A stretch of 34,402 nucleotides of DNA from a virus (taxonomy: Duplodnaviria > Caudoviricetes): IMG/VR virus record IMGVR_UViG_3300012352_000557, positions 1 to 34,402 of that record, one strand, 5' to 3'. The notes under the pieces are model-generated. The model ran no database searches and was not told where the DNA came from. It saw only the letters and a list, made by a program, of their open reading frames with translations. The position numbers were made by a program, and so were the translations under genes. Each line of letters opens with the position of its first letter. Position 1 is the stretch's first letter. Shown piece after piece: positions 24,793 through 33,380 of this stretch.

Positions 24793-25831
24793 TTGATCCT
24801 TCGTACCACTTCATGTTTTCAATAAGTCTTTGATTGTTCGGATCTAATTCTAATGCTAGCTTCCCGTGTTTAAGTGCCAGCTCGATTTTCCCGCAGTAGT
24901 ATGCGGAAAGAGCGACGATGTCATGAGGACCGTGCCCCCATGCTTCTTCAGCGTATGTGAATCCGTCACGACGTTCAATAACATCTAAACACTCTAGTGC
25001 AAGCCTAAGAGCTATCGAGTGGTCTCCTTCAGACGAGTAAAGTTTTGCCATATCGTATAAAGTCTCTCGCTCTTTACTCTGTCCATAGGCTCTCCACAGC
25101 TGTACCATTGCGGTTTCTGTGTCCCCTTTTGCTTGGTAGTTGCGTGCAATGTTTCTTGCAATATAAGATTTAACAACAGGGCCATCGGAACACTTATCAT
25201 AACTTTCGGAGCGCCAAAATATAGCTTGATCTAGATTTCCTATAGCCTCGTAATCATTTGCTAAGAAGTACCTAGTGCGCCAATCTTCATCGCCTTCATT
25301 GATCTTTTTGTGTAGAAGGTTCAAATAGCTGCGTCTACTTTTTGTAGTGTCTTGCCATTCGTCAAGAAAGATTTGATCATTCCACAGGGGTTTCTCTGAA
25401 ATAGACCAAGATAAGGTCTCATGAACTGCACCCACCCATTTGCAATTATGACGAGAGTGGATCTTAGAGTGCCATTGCCAAGAACCGCCATTGTGTCGGT
25501 ATCGGTGATTCAAAATAGTGGCGTCTATTTCCCATGAATCCTCTAGATATTCTCGCCAGCCTGGTAACAAAACTTCATCAATATCCAGCGAGACTGCAAT
25601 GCCTACATCTGAAGGTAGCAAATTTAGAGCTGCATTTTTAGCGTCATCGAATCGCCAAGGAGCTATTTTGATTTTGTAAACCTGAACCCCTAGTGACTCT
25701 GCAAGGGCAATAGTTCCGTCTGTAGACCCAGTATCTGCCAGCAAAATATAATCTGCTTCTTTCGCAGACTCTGCCCAGCGTGAAATGAATTGCTCCTCAT
25801 TTAGAGCTATAGCGTAGACCGCTACCTTCAT
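24785..25831 (-). CDS. GT2 (GT-A) glycosyltransferase with TPR-like C-terminus, paralog of the adjacent gene
   Basis: AVYAIALNE, DTGSTDGT, PWRFD...KN, DIDE, VHE; TPR-like helices. Confidence 0.92.
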   Translation of the reverse strand: MKVAVYAIALNEEQFISRWAESAKEADYILLADTGSTDGTIALAESLGVQVYKIKIAPWRFDDAKNAALNLLPSDVGIAVSLDIDEVLLPGWREYLEDSWEIDATILNHRYRHNGGSWQWHSKIHSRHNCKWVGAVHETLSWSISEKPLWNDQIFLDEWQDTTKSRRSYLNLLHKKINEGDEDWRTRYFLANDYEAIGNLDQAIFWRSESYDKCSDGPVVKSYIARNIARNYQAKGDTETAMVQLWRAYGQSKERETLYDMAKLYSSEGDHSIALRLALECLDVIERRDGFTYAEEAWGHGPHDIVALSAYYCGKIELALKHGKLALELDPNNQRLIENMKWYEGSNA

Positions 25832-25833
25832 AA

Positions 25834-27039
25834 CTACTCCACTGTAATAACGCTGATGAACTCTCGAGGGTTAAAATCTCCACCTAGAACCATGGTAAGA
25901 AGTCCGGCATTAGAGGTTGCGCCAGCTCGGTCACGGTACCACTCCGACCCCGGGTCCGTGGTTGGGCACTGGCACCACAAGCGGTGTCCGATGTCCATTG
26001 TACGGAAGTTGTGGTAGTGGCCAGAGATCCATACGTCACACAAGCCTAGGGCAGTCTGACCTAGGGACTGTTGCTGCAGATACTTCTCTGGATTGTTTGC
26101 ACTCATCTGATGGCCGTGGAATAGTCCTACCATTGTTCCGTTGATGTCTACTGCTAGAGTCTGGTGTCCCGACGCAGGGAAGCGGAATTCAACATGCGAC
26201 AGAGCTTGGTTTTCTGCACACGCATCCTGAACGGCAGATGCAATTTCCACATTCCATCCGTCTGCAGGATCTGCAGCGACTTGGCGAGTTACCTCGTCGT
26301 GATTTCCGTTTACTACGGGGACAACCATACGCTCCGCCATTGGAGCAAAAGATTTAATCTGCGACATAAGTAGTCGACGTGCTACACGAACTTGCTCGGT
26401 CAAACCCAAGTCAGATGCAGCTTGACCTTGCAGACGTCCACCCTGAGAAACAATTCCTTCTACGTGGTCACCAGGTAGTGCTAGAACAATTGTGCCTAGC
26501 TCTAATCCAATTTTTTTATAAGCCTCGAACTTGTCAACAGCTTTCTGTGTTCCAGCCAAGATTCGATCAATAGACTGCTGAGTACCATTACCTTGAGCCT
26601 TCTTACCGATCTGCTGATCGCTCGGTGCTACTAAGTATGCACCTTTACCAGTGCGCTGCTTTATACCGCGCTCTGGACGCCACTTCTTAATTTCGTCAAT
26701 TAGCTTCTCTGCATCTAGTGCATTTTCCCGATCGGCCCAAGCGTTGTTCGGGGTTAGATTCACTCGAACAGACTCGAGGAACTCTCCGTCATACTTCTGC
26801 CATTTACCTCGGCGCATGGACGACACTGTCCATTCCTCTGGGTCGAGTCCGAATTCTTGAAGAATTGAGCTAGCGTCAGGGATCTCTGATGATGGACGGG
26901 GCTTCGAGATTACAAAACCACCCTTAGAGGAATCAACGTCCATTCTTGGACGCCAATCCTCTGGGATATTTAGAGACTTAATGTCAGATCCGGTTGTCCC
27001 CGGTGAAGCTAGTTTTTCTAAGCGTTCGCTTAGGCTCAT
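25834..27039 (-). CDS. Calcineurin-like metallophosphoesterase (Mre11/SbcD-like motifs)
   Basis: SDQQIG, GDHVEG, GNHDE, FHGH and GHYH motifs. Confidence 0.88.
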   Translation of the reverse strand: MSLSERLEKLASPGTTGSDIKSLNIPEDWRPRMDVDSSKGGFVISKPRPSSEIPDASSILQEFGLDPEEWTVSSMRRGKWQKYDGEFLESVRVNLTPNNAWADRENALDAEKLIDEIKKWRPERGIKQRTGKGAYLVAPSDQQIGKKAQGNGTQQSIDRILAGTQKAVDKFEAYKKIGLELGTIVLALPGDHVEGIVSQGGRLQGQAASDLGLTEQVRVARRLLMSQIKSFAPMAERMVVPVVNGNHDEVTRQVAADPADGWNVEIASAVQDACAENQALSHVEFRFPASGHQTLAVDINGTMVGLFHGHQMSANNPEKYLQQQSLGQTALGLCDVWISGHYHNFRTMDIGHRLWCQCPTTDPGSEWYRDRAGATSNAGLLTMVLGGDFNPREFISVITVE

Positions 27040-27299
27040 TTCTGAACCTTCCTATAGCATGTACAGATCTTTCCCCTATGACGATCAAAGGAGCTCTTTG
27101 ATACATCATACCCCTCTTCACGCATAAGTTGGGATAAAGTTACATTAGACACGCTAGCGGGATCTTCATAAGATACGGCCATCACTTCATTCAGAAGTTG
27201 TACGTCCTTAGTGGGCAGTTTAGAAAGTATCCGCCCTACTTTGCATTTTAAATTTGAAGACTCTGACTGGGCGTCAGCAAGCTTTTTTGATAGAGACAT
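27036..27299 (-). CDS. Small putative Zn-binding HTH-like protein
   Basis: SD AAGGAG; CKVG...LSQLMREEGYDVSKSSFDRHRGKICTC; ATGA coupling to the phosphoesterase. Confidence 0.75.
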   Translation of the reverse strand: MSLSKKLADAQSESSNLKCKVGRILSKLPTKDVQLLNEVMAVSYEDPASVSNVTLSQLMREEGYDVSKSSFDRHRGKICTCYRKVQK

Positions 27300-27328
27300 G
27301 ACTGCTCCTTCATTTCGTCTATTTCGTC

Positions 27329-27357
27329 ATTTTATAGCTTATCAACATTCAAGTCAA
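27329..27357 (-). promoter_or_regulatory. Sigma70-like promoter of the HTH-phosphoesterase-GT2-GT2 operon
   Basis: Minus strand TTGACT-17 bp-TAAAAT, followed by a GACGAAAT direct repeat and SD AAGGAG. Confidence 0.8.
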
Positions 27358-27365
27358 TATTTAAA

Positions 27366-27725
27366 CTATTCTGGTTTTTTTCGAGGCCTTCTTCGAATTG
27401 AAATAGGCTCTTCGGTCATTCTTAGCCCGCCTAGATCTAGGCCGTTTTTAGCTAAAATTATGTCCTTTATAAGCTCTGTTTCGGCTGACATCTTTACGAC
27501 GTGAGTCTCGATGCTATTGACTCGATCCGCCAACGAGCTACCACCGTTCTCCCAGAGTTGGTGCTCTACGCGATCTAACCGCTCAGATATGGTTCTGCCC
27601 TTACCGTCTGCCCCCAGTACTTCACTCAGGCGGTGAACGATTCTAAAGGTAGCATATACGCCACCAAAGATAACGCCAAGGGCAGTTATTACGGCAGCAA
27701 TAGTTAAAATAATCTCGACAGTCAT
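27366..27725 (-). CDS. Single-pass membrane protein with coiled coil (holin-associated type)
   Basis: N-terminal hydrophobic helix; NGGSSLAD motif recalled from actinophage lysis-region membrane proteins; basic C-terminus. Confidence 0.7.
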   Translation of the reverse strand: MTVEIILTIAAVITALGVIFGGVYATFRIVHRLSEVLGADGKGRTISERLDRVEHQLWENGGSSLADRVNSIETHVVKMSAETELIKDIILAKNGLDLGGLRMTEEPISIRRRPRKKPE

Positions 27726-27867
27726 GACCTATAATAGAAATCTACTCGGTGAACCAATTAGGTTTGTTTCATCTATTTTACCCTAATAGGGTCTTCCTTA
27801 TTTGGCTGGGCGTTAGGTCGTCCCCCTGAATGAGTCTGCTGGCATTCTGCCATTTTAATTTTTCAGT

Positions 27868-27895
27868 TTGCATTTGTTGCCTTTGGCTGTATGCT
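27868..27895 (+). promoter_or_regulatory. Candidate promoter for the primase-helicase
   Basis: TTGCAT-16 bp-TATGCT. Confidence 0.5.
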
Positions 27896-27954
27896 GATGT
27901 TAGTATTTTCGGAGAGTTTATGTATTTCTTTAGTGACGGCAAGGCGGTAGCGTA

Positions 27955-30594
27955 ATGAGCGCATGGGAGACAGCGGGTAACGGAAAGCTTGCTCGCGGGG
28001 CCGCGTACTTTGCACGTGAGCACGGGTGGACAATTCTGCCAGTACACGGCATTACTAGTGACGGTCGCTGTACTTGCGGTCGCCCTCACGTTGAGACCAA
28101 AGATATTGGTAAGCACCCGGCCTTGAATAGCTGGAACACTGAATCCTCTAACGATCCTGAAGTAGTTGCTAAGTGGTACGAAGAAAACCCTGACTACAAC
28201 ATCGGCGTTTTCTGTAAGCCGTCTGGATTCTTCGCGATCGACATTGACCCACGTTCTGGTGGAGATGACTCCTTTGAAATTCTTGAAGCACGCGCCGAGG
28301 GTGCGCTACCTCCAACTGTTGAAGCGCAGACCGGAAACTACACCGTACGTGGAAAAGTTGTACGTGGTCGCCACCTAATCTACAAGTGTGACCCTAATGA
28401 AAAGTTTCTAGGCAACTTAGAAAAGTCTGGCCTTAAGGGAATTGATATTAAGCACAATGGGTACATTCTTATTGCGCCTTCTCGCCACTTCTCTGGGACT
28501 ACGTACGACTGGAAGCCTGGCCACGCTCCTTGGGAGATGGAAATTGCTACAGCACCTGAAGAGCTACTTGCAGTCCTACGCGCTCGTACGCCTCGTCAAG
28601 GATCTGGCTCTGCGTATAAAGAAGGATCATGGGATTGGCTGGACGAACTTGAGTTCAGTGGCGAAAAAGTTGACATCGAAAAGATTCTCGGTGAAGGCAT
28701 CGACGAAGGCCACCGAGCAGTCGAGGTTTATCGACTTGCTTGTGCTCTAGCAAATAAGTTTGGTACCAGTTCCGAATCTCGTTTGATGATCGAGTCAATG
28801 ATGATTCGCTTCAATCATGAAATGATCCGTCCTCCTATGGAGCTAGAGGGTCCCAACTCGCTATTGATGCATACTCACCGTGCAATTGATTTTGTCTCTA
28901 ACAGTCCGAAACTTGATCGCAAGTGGGAGGGCCTGACGGAGTGGGCGCGTAATGGCGGTAACGAATGGGCTAAGAAGTCTCAGGAGGAAACCTCTCAGTC
29001 ACTGGTTCTATCTGGCTCTGACAACTCTGCTATGCCTGCTGTATCTATGCCACCTAAGTTTGTTGGGGACATTGTTACTGACCTAATTGAGAGTGGTGTT
29101 TCTGTAGCAGATGCTACAAACAAGGGAAACACTCCCCTACCTAAAGACGTTGACGCAATTAGCGCCGAAGATGGTGGACGTCCGGGCTACCGAACTCTTA
29201 CTGATGTTGGTAACAGCCGTAGGCTTATTGACACATACGGATCTGCAATCCGCTATACCCCTGGCCTAGGCTGGTTCTATTGGGAAGGTCAGTACTGGTG
29301 TCCAGACGCTGAAGAACTACACCTTAAAGAACTGGCTAAACGAATTTCTACAGTGATTGCCAGCGAAGTTATTAACTACGACGAGGATGACCCTAAGCGT
29401 TCAGAACTAGTAAACCACGCTAAGCAAGCTAAGTCAGCTGCAAAGATTTCCACCATGACAGCACTTGCTGACTCGGATGAGCGAGTCTCTGTTCCTGTAG
29501 AAAACTGGGACAGCTCCCCCCACTTGCTGGGCGTTCTCAACGGTGTGGTTGATCTGCGTAGTGGTGAACTTCTACGTGGTCGTCCTGACCTGCACATTAC
29601 GAAGCGTGCTCCAGTCTCATACACTCCTGGATTGCGTAACATCCGCTGGGAGCAGTTTATTGACTATGCAACTGGTGGCGATAAGGAACTCCAAGAGTGG
29701 ATCCAAAAAGCAGTTGGCTATACACTAACTGGTCTTAGTAACCAAGACGTATTGTTTTTGGTCTATGGACCTCCAGGATCTGGTAAGAACACGTTCGTTG
29801 AAACTATTGTCAATGCTCTTGGTTCTGAACAGTATGCTGGAAAATTGCCATCTGAAATTATGGCGTCTGGTCAGGCTCAGAACTCTTCGAACCAGTACTA
29901 CATGGCTGAACTTCGTGGTAAGCGTATGATCTGGATTGACGAGTTGCCAGAGTCCGAGCGTCTAAATGAAAACCAGATTAAGCAGCTGACTGGTTCATCA
30001 ACTATTCAGGGTCGTTCACCTGGTGAGAAGCCGTTTACATTCAAGGCTCAGGGCAAGATGTGGATCACGACTAACCACCGTCCGATCATTACTGACGATG
30101 CTATGTGGCGTCGTCTGCGTCCAATCCCATGGTCAAACATTCCAGAGACTTCAGATCCAGACCTAAAAGCATACCTATCCGACCCGGAGGGCGGTCTTCC
30201 AGCAGTTCTATCGTGGGCGGTAGATGGTGCAATTAAGTACCTGACTTCTTCTGCGCGCGATCCTCTTGGAATGTGTGGTGCTATTAGTGACGCTTCTGAC
30301 ATCTATCGTAAGAACGAAGACCGAATCGGTATCTTCCTTGATGAAGAAACTAAGGAGTCGGTAGGCGCGTCTGCTCAGATTAAGAGCCTCTACTCTGTTT
30401 ATCGTGTGTGGAGCGATGAGCGTGGCGAGCGTCCTATGTCGCAAATCGCATTCCAGCGCAAGCTTTCAGATCGCGGTATGGCGGTTGTTGGTCAGGGAGC
30501 TAAGGCGACTCTAGAGAATCGTGCTTTGAATCCTCGTGTTGTCCCTAGTGGTGAAGTTGACTGGGGTATGGCGACACGACTAGCTCGAATCTAA
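27955..30594 (+). CDS. Bifunctional primase-polymerase (Prim-Pol) fused to D5_N and SF3 helicase (P4/D5-like)
   Basis: CTCG..GKHP, NIGV, IDID, RHL, DIK..GYI..APSRH; TDVGN; Walker A GPPGSGKNT, DE, IKQLTG, TNHRP, AMWRRL. Confidence 0.95.
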   Translation: MSAWETAGNGKLARGAAYFAREHGWTILPVHGITSDGRCTCGRPHVETKDIGKHPALNSWNTESSNDPEVVAKWYEENPDYNIGVFCKPSGFFAIDIDPRSGGDDSFEILEARAEGALPPTVEAQTGNYTVRGKVVRGRHLIYKCDPNEKFLGNLEKSGLKGIDIKHNGYILIAPSRHFSGTTYDWKPGHAPWEMEIATAPEELLAVLRARTPRQGSGSAYKEGSWDWLDELEFSGEKVDIEKILGEGIDEGHRAVEVYRLACALANKFGTSSESRLMIESMMIRFNHEMIRPPMELEGPNSLLMHTHRAIDFVSNSPKLDRKWEGLTEWARNGGNEWAKKSQEETSQSLVLSGSDNSAMPAVSMPPKFVGDIVTDLIESGVSVADATNKGNTPLPKDVDAISAEDGGRPGYRTLTDVGNSRRLIDTYGSAIRYTPGLGWFYWEGQYWCPDAEELHLKELAKRISTVIASEVINYDEDDPKRSELVNHAKQAKSAAKISTMTALADSDERVSVPVENWDSSPHLLGVLNGVVDLRSGELLRGRPDLHITKRAPVSYTPGLRNIRWEQFIDYATGGDKELQEWIQKAVGYTLTGLSNQDVLFLVYGPPGSGKNTFVETIVNALGSEQYAGKLPSEIMASGQAQNSSNQYYMAELRGKRMIWIDELPESERLNENQIKQLTGSSTIQGRSPGEKPFTFKAQGKMWITTNHRPIITDDAMWRRLRPIPWSNIPETSDPDLKAYLSDPEGGLPAVLSWAVDGAIKYLTSSARDPLGMCGAISDASDIYRKNEDRIGIFLDEETKESVGASAQIKSLYSVYRVWSDERGERPMSQIAFQRKLSDRGMAVVGQGAKATLENRALNPRVVPSGEVDWGMATRLARI

Positions 30595-30603
30595 TCGGTG
30601 ATG

Positions 30604-31524
30604 TCAAAACTTTTGAGTAATCTTTCCGGTACTGAAATCTAATCCAGCGAATACTTCATAGTCTTCTAAAGATCTTTCTGAACCCAAGGCAGTATCGTCA
30701 ATAACTCGGTGTGTGAAGATACGTCTAACCTCTTCTTTAGATTCTAGGTCTAATTTTTCCCAGAGTTCGGGCCAGTCTTGCCAGCAGTGATGGCGTCTGT
30801 TTTTTTCTACTCCGCCTTCGCCGTAGTATAGGTGCCACAGGAACTGATTGTCTATGGCCAGCAACGTAAACCCGTGAGTGAACGCTCTAGCTGCAATCAA
30901 AATCTCTTCCCCCCAGAATGCTATCTTCTTGTTTGGCTTTATAAGAGCAAACTCTCCTATGGTGAAAATAGCACCTCCTGACACCGAGGCGGTAAACCCG
31001 CAGCCTTCTGGAAGGGCTGAAGCCAGCTGGCTAGGGATTAAAGTACCTCTAAATTGATCAGGAAACTCTTGAAAAGATATGCGTGTGAACTGTGCATTTA
31101 ATCTGTCTCTTACCTCTCCCGAGTCGGAGTACCAGTAATTACCGGGATACCCTGTCAGCAGTGGTTTGTCTATACCTAGCTCTTTAAACTTGATCAAAGA
31201 TTTAATTGCTGTTAAGTCCCAGTCTTTGGCAAATCTCATGTGAGAGTCTATTTGAAGGTAGAAGTCTTCACCTGAATATTGTTCATTTGCAATATATCTA
31301 GATAGTTGCAGTCCTATGTTTTCTGGTGCAATGCTCTCTAAGTAGCGAATCTCTACCCAGTCCGGGGTGTCTATCTCTAATGAAATTTCACTTGGATAAG
31401 AGATGCAATTGTGTACTCCAAAAACTAAGCTATTAGACCCTGATGCCATGTCAATTGCATTTTTTATGGTGAGCGGTAGCTCGTAATCTCTATATGAAGG
31501 GATCTGGATGAAAATAGATGACAT
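30604..31524 (-). CDS. GT60/GT27-like polypeptide GlcNAc/GalNAc transferase (Gnt1-like)
   Basis: IFIQIPSYRD, YLQIDSHMRFxxDWD (DxH), LTGYP, FWGEE, RAFTHG and WHLY. Confidence 0.82.
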   Translation of the reverse strand: MSSIFIQIPSYRDYELPLTIKNAIDMASGSNSLVFGVHNCISYPSEISLEIDTPDWVEIRYLESIAPENIGLQLSRYIANEQYSGEDFYLQIDSHMRFAKDWDLTAIKSLIKFKELGIDKPLLTGYPGNYWYSDSGEVRDRLNAQFTRISFQEFPDQFRGTLIPSQLASALPEGCGFTASVSGGAIFTIGEFALIKPNKKIAFWGEEILIAARAFTHGFTLLAIDNQFLWHLYYGEGGVEKNRRHHCWQDWPELWEKLDLESKEEVRRIFTHRVIDDTALGSERSLEDYEVFAGLDFSTGKITQKF

Positions 31525-31528
31525 GTCT

Positions 31529-31759
31529 CTACCACTTATGCAGCGGGCAGGTTGCGCTTTCCATAGAGGTTTTTAACTTCATAAAGCACAGGCACTCGCT
31601 ACATTGACCTGTAATCTTTACAAATTTGTCGCATCCTTGACATATTGAAAATCGTCTAGTTGATTCTTCGGCGGCTACATATTTTGTAGACGGGACGACA
31701 ATATCCCAAGGGCGAGTGGCACCTAGTTTCTTTTTATATTCTTCCCAGGGCGTAGCCAT
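31529..31759 (-). CDS. Small Cys-rich protein (DUF6171-like)
   Basis: RRFSICQGC...QCSECLCFM..K.....CPLHKW. Confidence 0.8.
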   Translation of the reverse strand: MATPWEEYKKKLGATRPWDIVVPSTKYVAAEESTRRFSICQGCDKFVKITGQCSECLCFMKLKTSMESATCPLHKW

Positions 31760-31968
31760 TAGGCTTCCGATGGAGGAATGAATTCCAAGCCATTGTAGGT
31801 CCAGCCTAGGGTTACTGGAGAGTCTTCAGATACCTCGACCATAACTGGGTTAGAGGCAAATCCAGCGGCATGTCGAGGACCATTAGGATTTACCTCTGGA
31901 TCGTCATCCAAAACAAATACTGTGAATACGTCTTCGCCAGCGATTACTGCAAATTTTCTTGTTGCCAT
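31759..31968 (-). CDS. Small protein of the fibre cassette (possible fibre assembly chaperone)
   Basis: SD GAAGGA; FAVI..., GWTYNG..FIPP motif; TAATG coupling. Confidence 0.7.
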   Translation of the reverse strand: MATRKFAVIAGEDVFTVFVLDDDPEVNPNGPRHAAGFASNPVMVEVSEDSPVTLGWTYNGLEFIPPSEA

Positions 31969-31993
31969 TATCTATCCTTCATCTATAGCTTAA

Positions 31994-31999
31994 AGTATA
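31994..31999 (-). promoter_or_regulatory. Candidate -10 element (TATACT) directly after a stop codon
   Basis: Minus strand TAG-TTG-TATACT upstream of the small genes and the GT60-like gene. Confidence 0.5.
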
Positions 32000-32002
32000 C
32001 AA

Positions 32003-33379
32003 CTATAACGCACAGACTCCACCAAATAGGCTACCACCACAGGCTGTACAGTTACTTAGATTAATTGGATTACAGGTAACTGTTGGAGCTGAAGTAGTGG
32101 CTGCAGTAGTAGATTGAGTAGTGGCTGGTGGTGCAGTAGTATTGGCCGAGGTTCCTGTAATAGACCCGTAACCAAATCTGTTGGATTGGGACGATGTCCA
32201 ATAGATCGTAACTGATTGGTTACTAGAAATTCCATATACAGTCCAGTTGGTGAATTGAGCACCAGAAGATGGAACTGTTATGGAAGAAGGGGAAATTGTT
32301 CCGGCGCTAGATGACAAAGAGATAATTGCTGTCATTCCAGTATTGTTCTCGCAGCTGAATCTTCCTGTAATGCTTCCCGTGGTTGTACTCAGAATTCCCA
32401 GAGTTCCGCCTATGTCGTAGTTGGGTGGTGGCGTTGTTGTGGTGGTAGTTGTTGTAGTTATTGTCGCTGAACTACCACTACTTCCGAAGCTGCCTAGTCC
32501 GTTAGCATTAGTTCCAGCTACTAGTGCATAGTATGTCCCGGGTGCCACTGAAGTAAAGGTAGTGCTGGTAGCATCACCAGCTAGGGTTTGAGTGGATACT
32601 AGTGTTGCAGTTCCCGAGACATAGAGCCTTACCGTAGTTGCAGTTAATGTTTTTCCACCAGTGTTGTCGTAGAAATTCCAACTAACATCTATCGAGTCCC
32701 AAGTGGTTGAGCTAGCTGCAATAGTAACTGCTGGTCCGACTGGTATAGACGTTATATTGACTGAGCTAGAGAAGGAAGAAGGCTGAGAAGCTCCATTTGA
32801 GTTCCTTGCCTGCACTCTAAATGATTGGTTAGTCTGTGCAACCAGTCCAGTTACTGTTATTGGAGATGATGATCCGCTACCAACTAGGACTGAACTGTCT
32901 TGGCTGGAGTAGACCTCGTATGTTACAGCTTTTCCACCAGTTGCTCCTGCAGTGAATGCTACTGTAGCAGCAGCATCACCATATGATCTATTTGTGCCGA
33001 TGTCTGCAACAGCACCTATGGTCGGCACTTGTGGAATCGTTGTAGCCGTGATTGCTGAAGATGCTAGAGACTCTGCTGAATCTCCGTTACTTGCATATCC
33101 AATAGCTTTTACTTTAAAAGTGTAACTAACTCCTGTTTGCAAGCCAGTCACATTAATCGGTGAGGTAGAAGATACGCCGGTGAACCCTCCGGGCGATGAT
33201 GTAGCTTGATAATAGTTCGTTGGGCCACTATCCGTTGCTGGCGTGAAACTAACATTAGCAGATCCATTGTTATAGGATCTATTAGTTCCGCTATCTACCG
33301 CTGATATACCGGTCGGAGTTTTTGGTGGTAGATATGTCCAGATATTAGCCGAGGCTCTGCCTCCAATAAATGGTTTCAT
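32003..33379 (-). CDS. FN3-repeat virion appendage protein with Thr-rich mucin-like linkers and a Cys-rich C-terminal tip
   Basis: Three FN3-like units (GLQTGVSYTFKVKA; GLVAQTNQSFRVQARN; PGTYYALVAGTNANG); poly-Thr-PPP; TTAPPATTQSTTAATTSAPT; CNPINLSNCTAC...C. Confidence 0.85.
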   Translation of the reverse strand: MKPFIGGRASANIWTYLPPKTPTGISAVDSGTNRSYNNGSANVSFTPATDSGPTNYYQATSSPGGFTGVSSTSPINVTGLQTGVSYTFKVKAIGYASNGDSAESLASSAITATTIPQVPTIGAVADIGTNRSYGDAAATVAFTAGATGGKAVTYEVYSSQDSSVLVGSGSSSPITVTGLVAQTNQSFRVQARNSNGASQPSSFSSSVNITSIPVGPAVTIAASSTTWDSIDVSWNFYDNTGGKTLTATTVRLYVSGTATLVSTQTLAGDATSTTFTSVAPGTYYALVAGTNANGLGSFGSSGSSATITTTTTTTTTPPPNYDIGGTLGILSTTTGSITGRFSCENNTGMTAIISLSSSAGTISPSSITVPSSGAQFTNWTVYGISSNQSVTIYWTSSQSNRFGYGSITGTSANTTAPPATTQSTTAATTSAPTVTCNPINLSNCTACGGSLFGGVCAL

Positions 33380-33380
33380 T

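Noticed and set aside
27778-28116. 112-aa minus-strand ORF across the primase start
   Set aside because: Overlaps the conserved Prim-Pol N-terminus in antisense; no recognisable features
28900-29190. Possible intein in the primase-helicase linker
   Set aside because: No C/S...HN-C/S/T splice motifs or LAGLIDADG blocks; looks like a flexible linker
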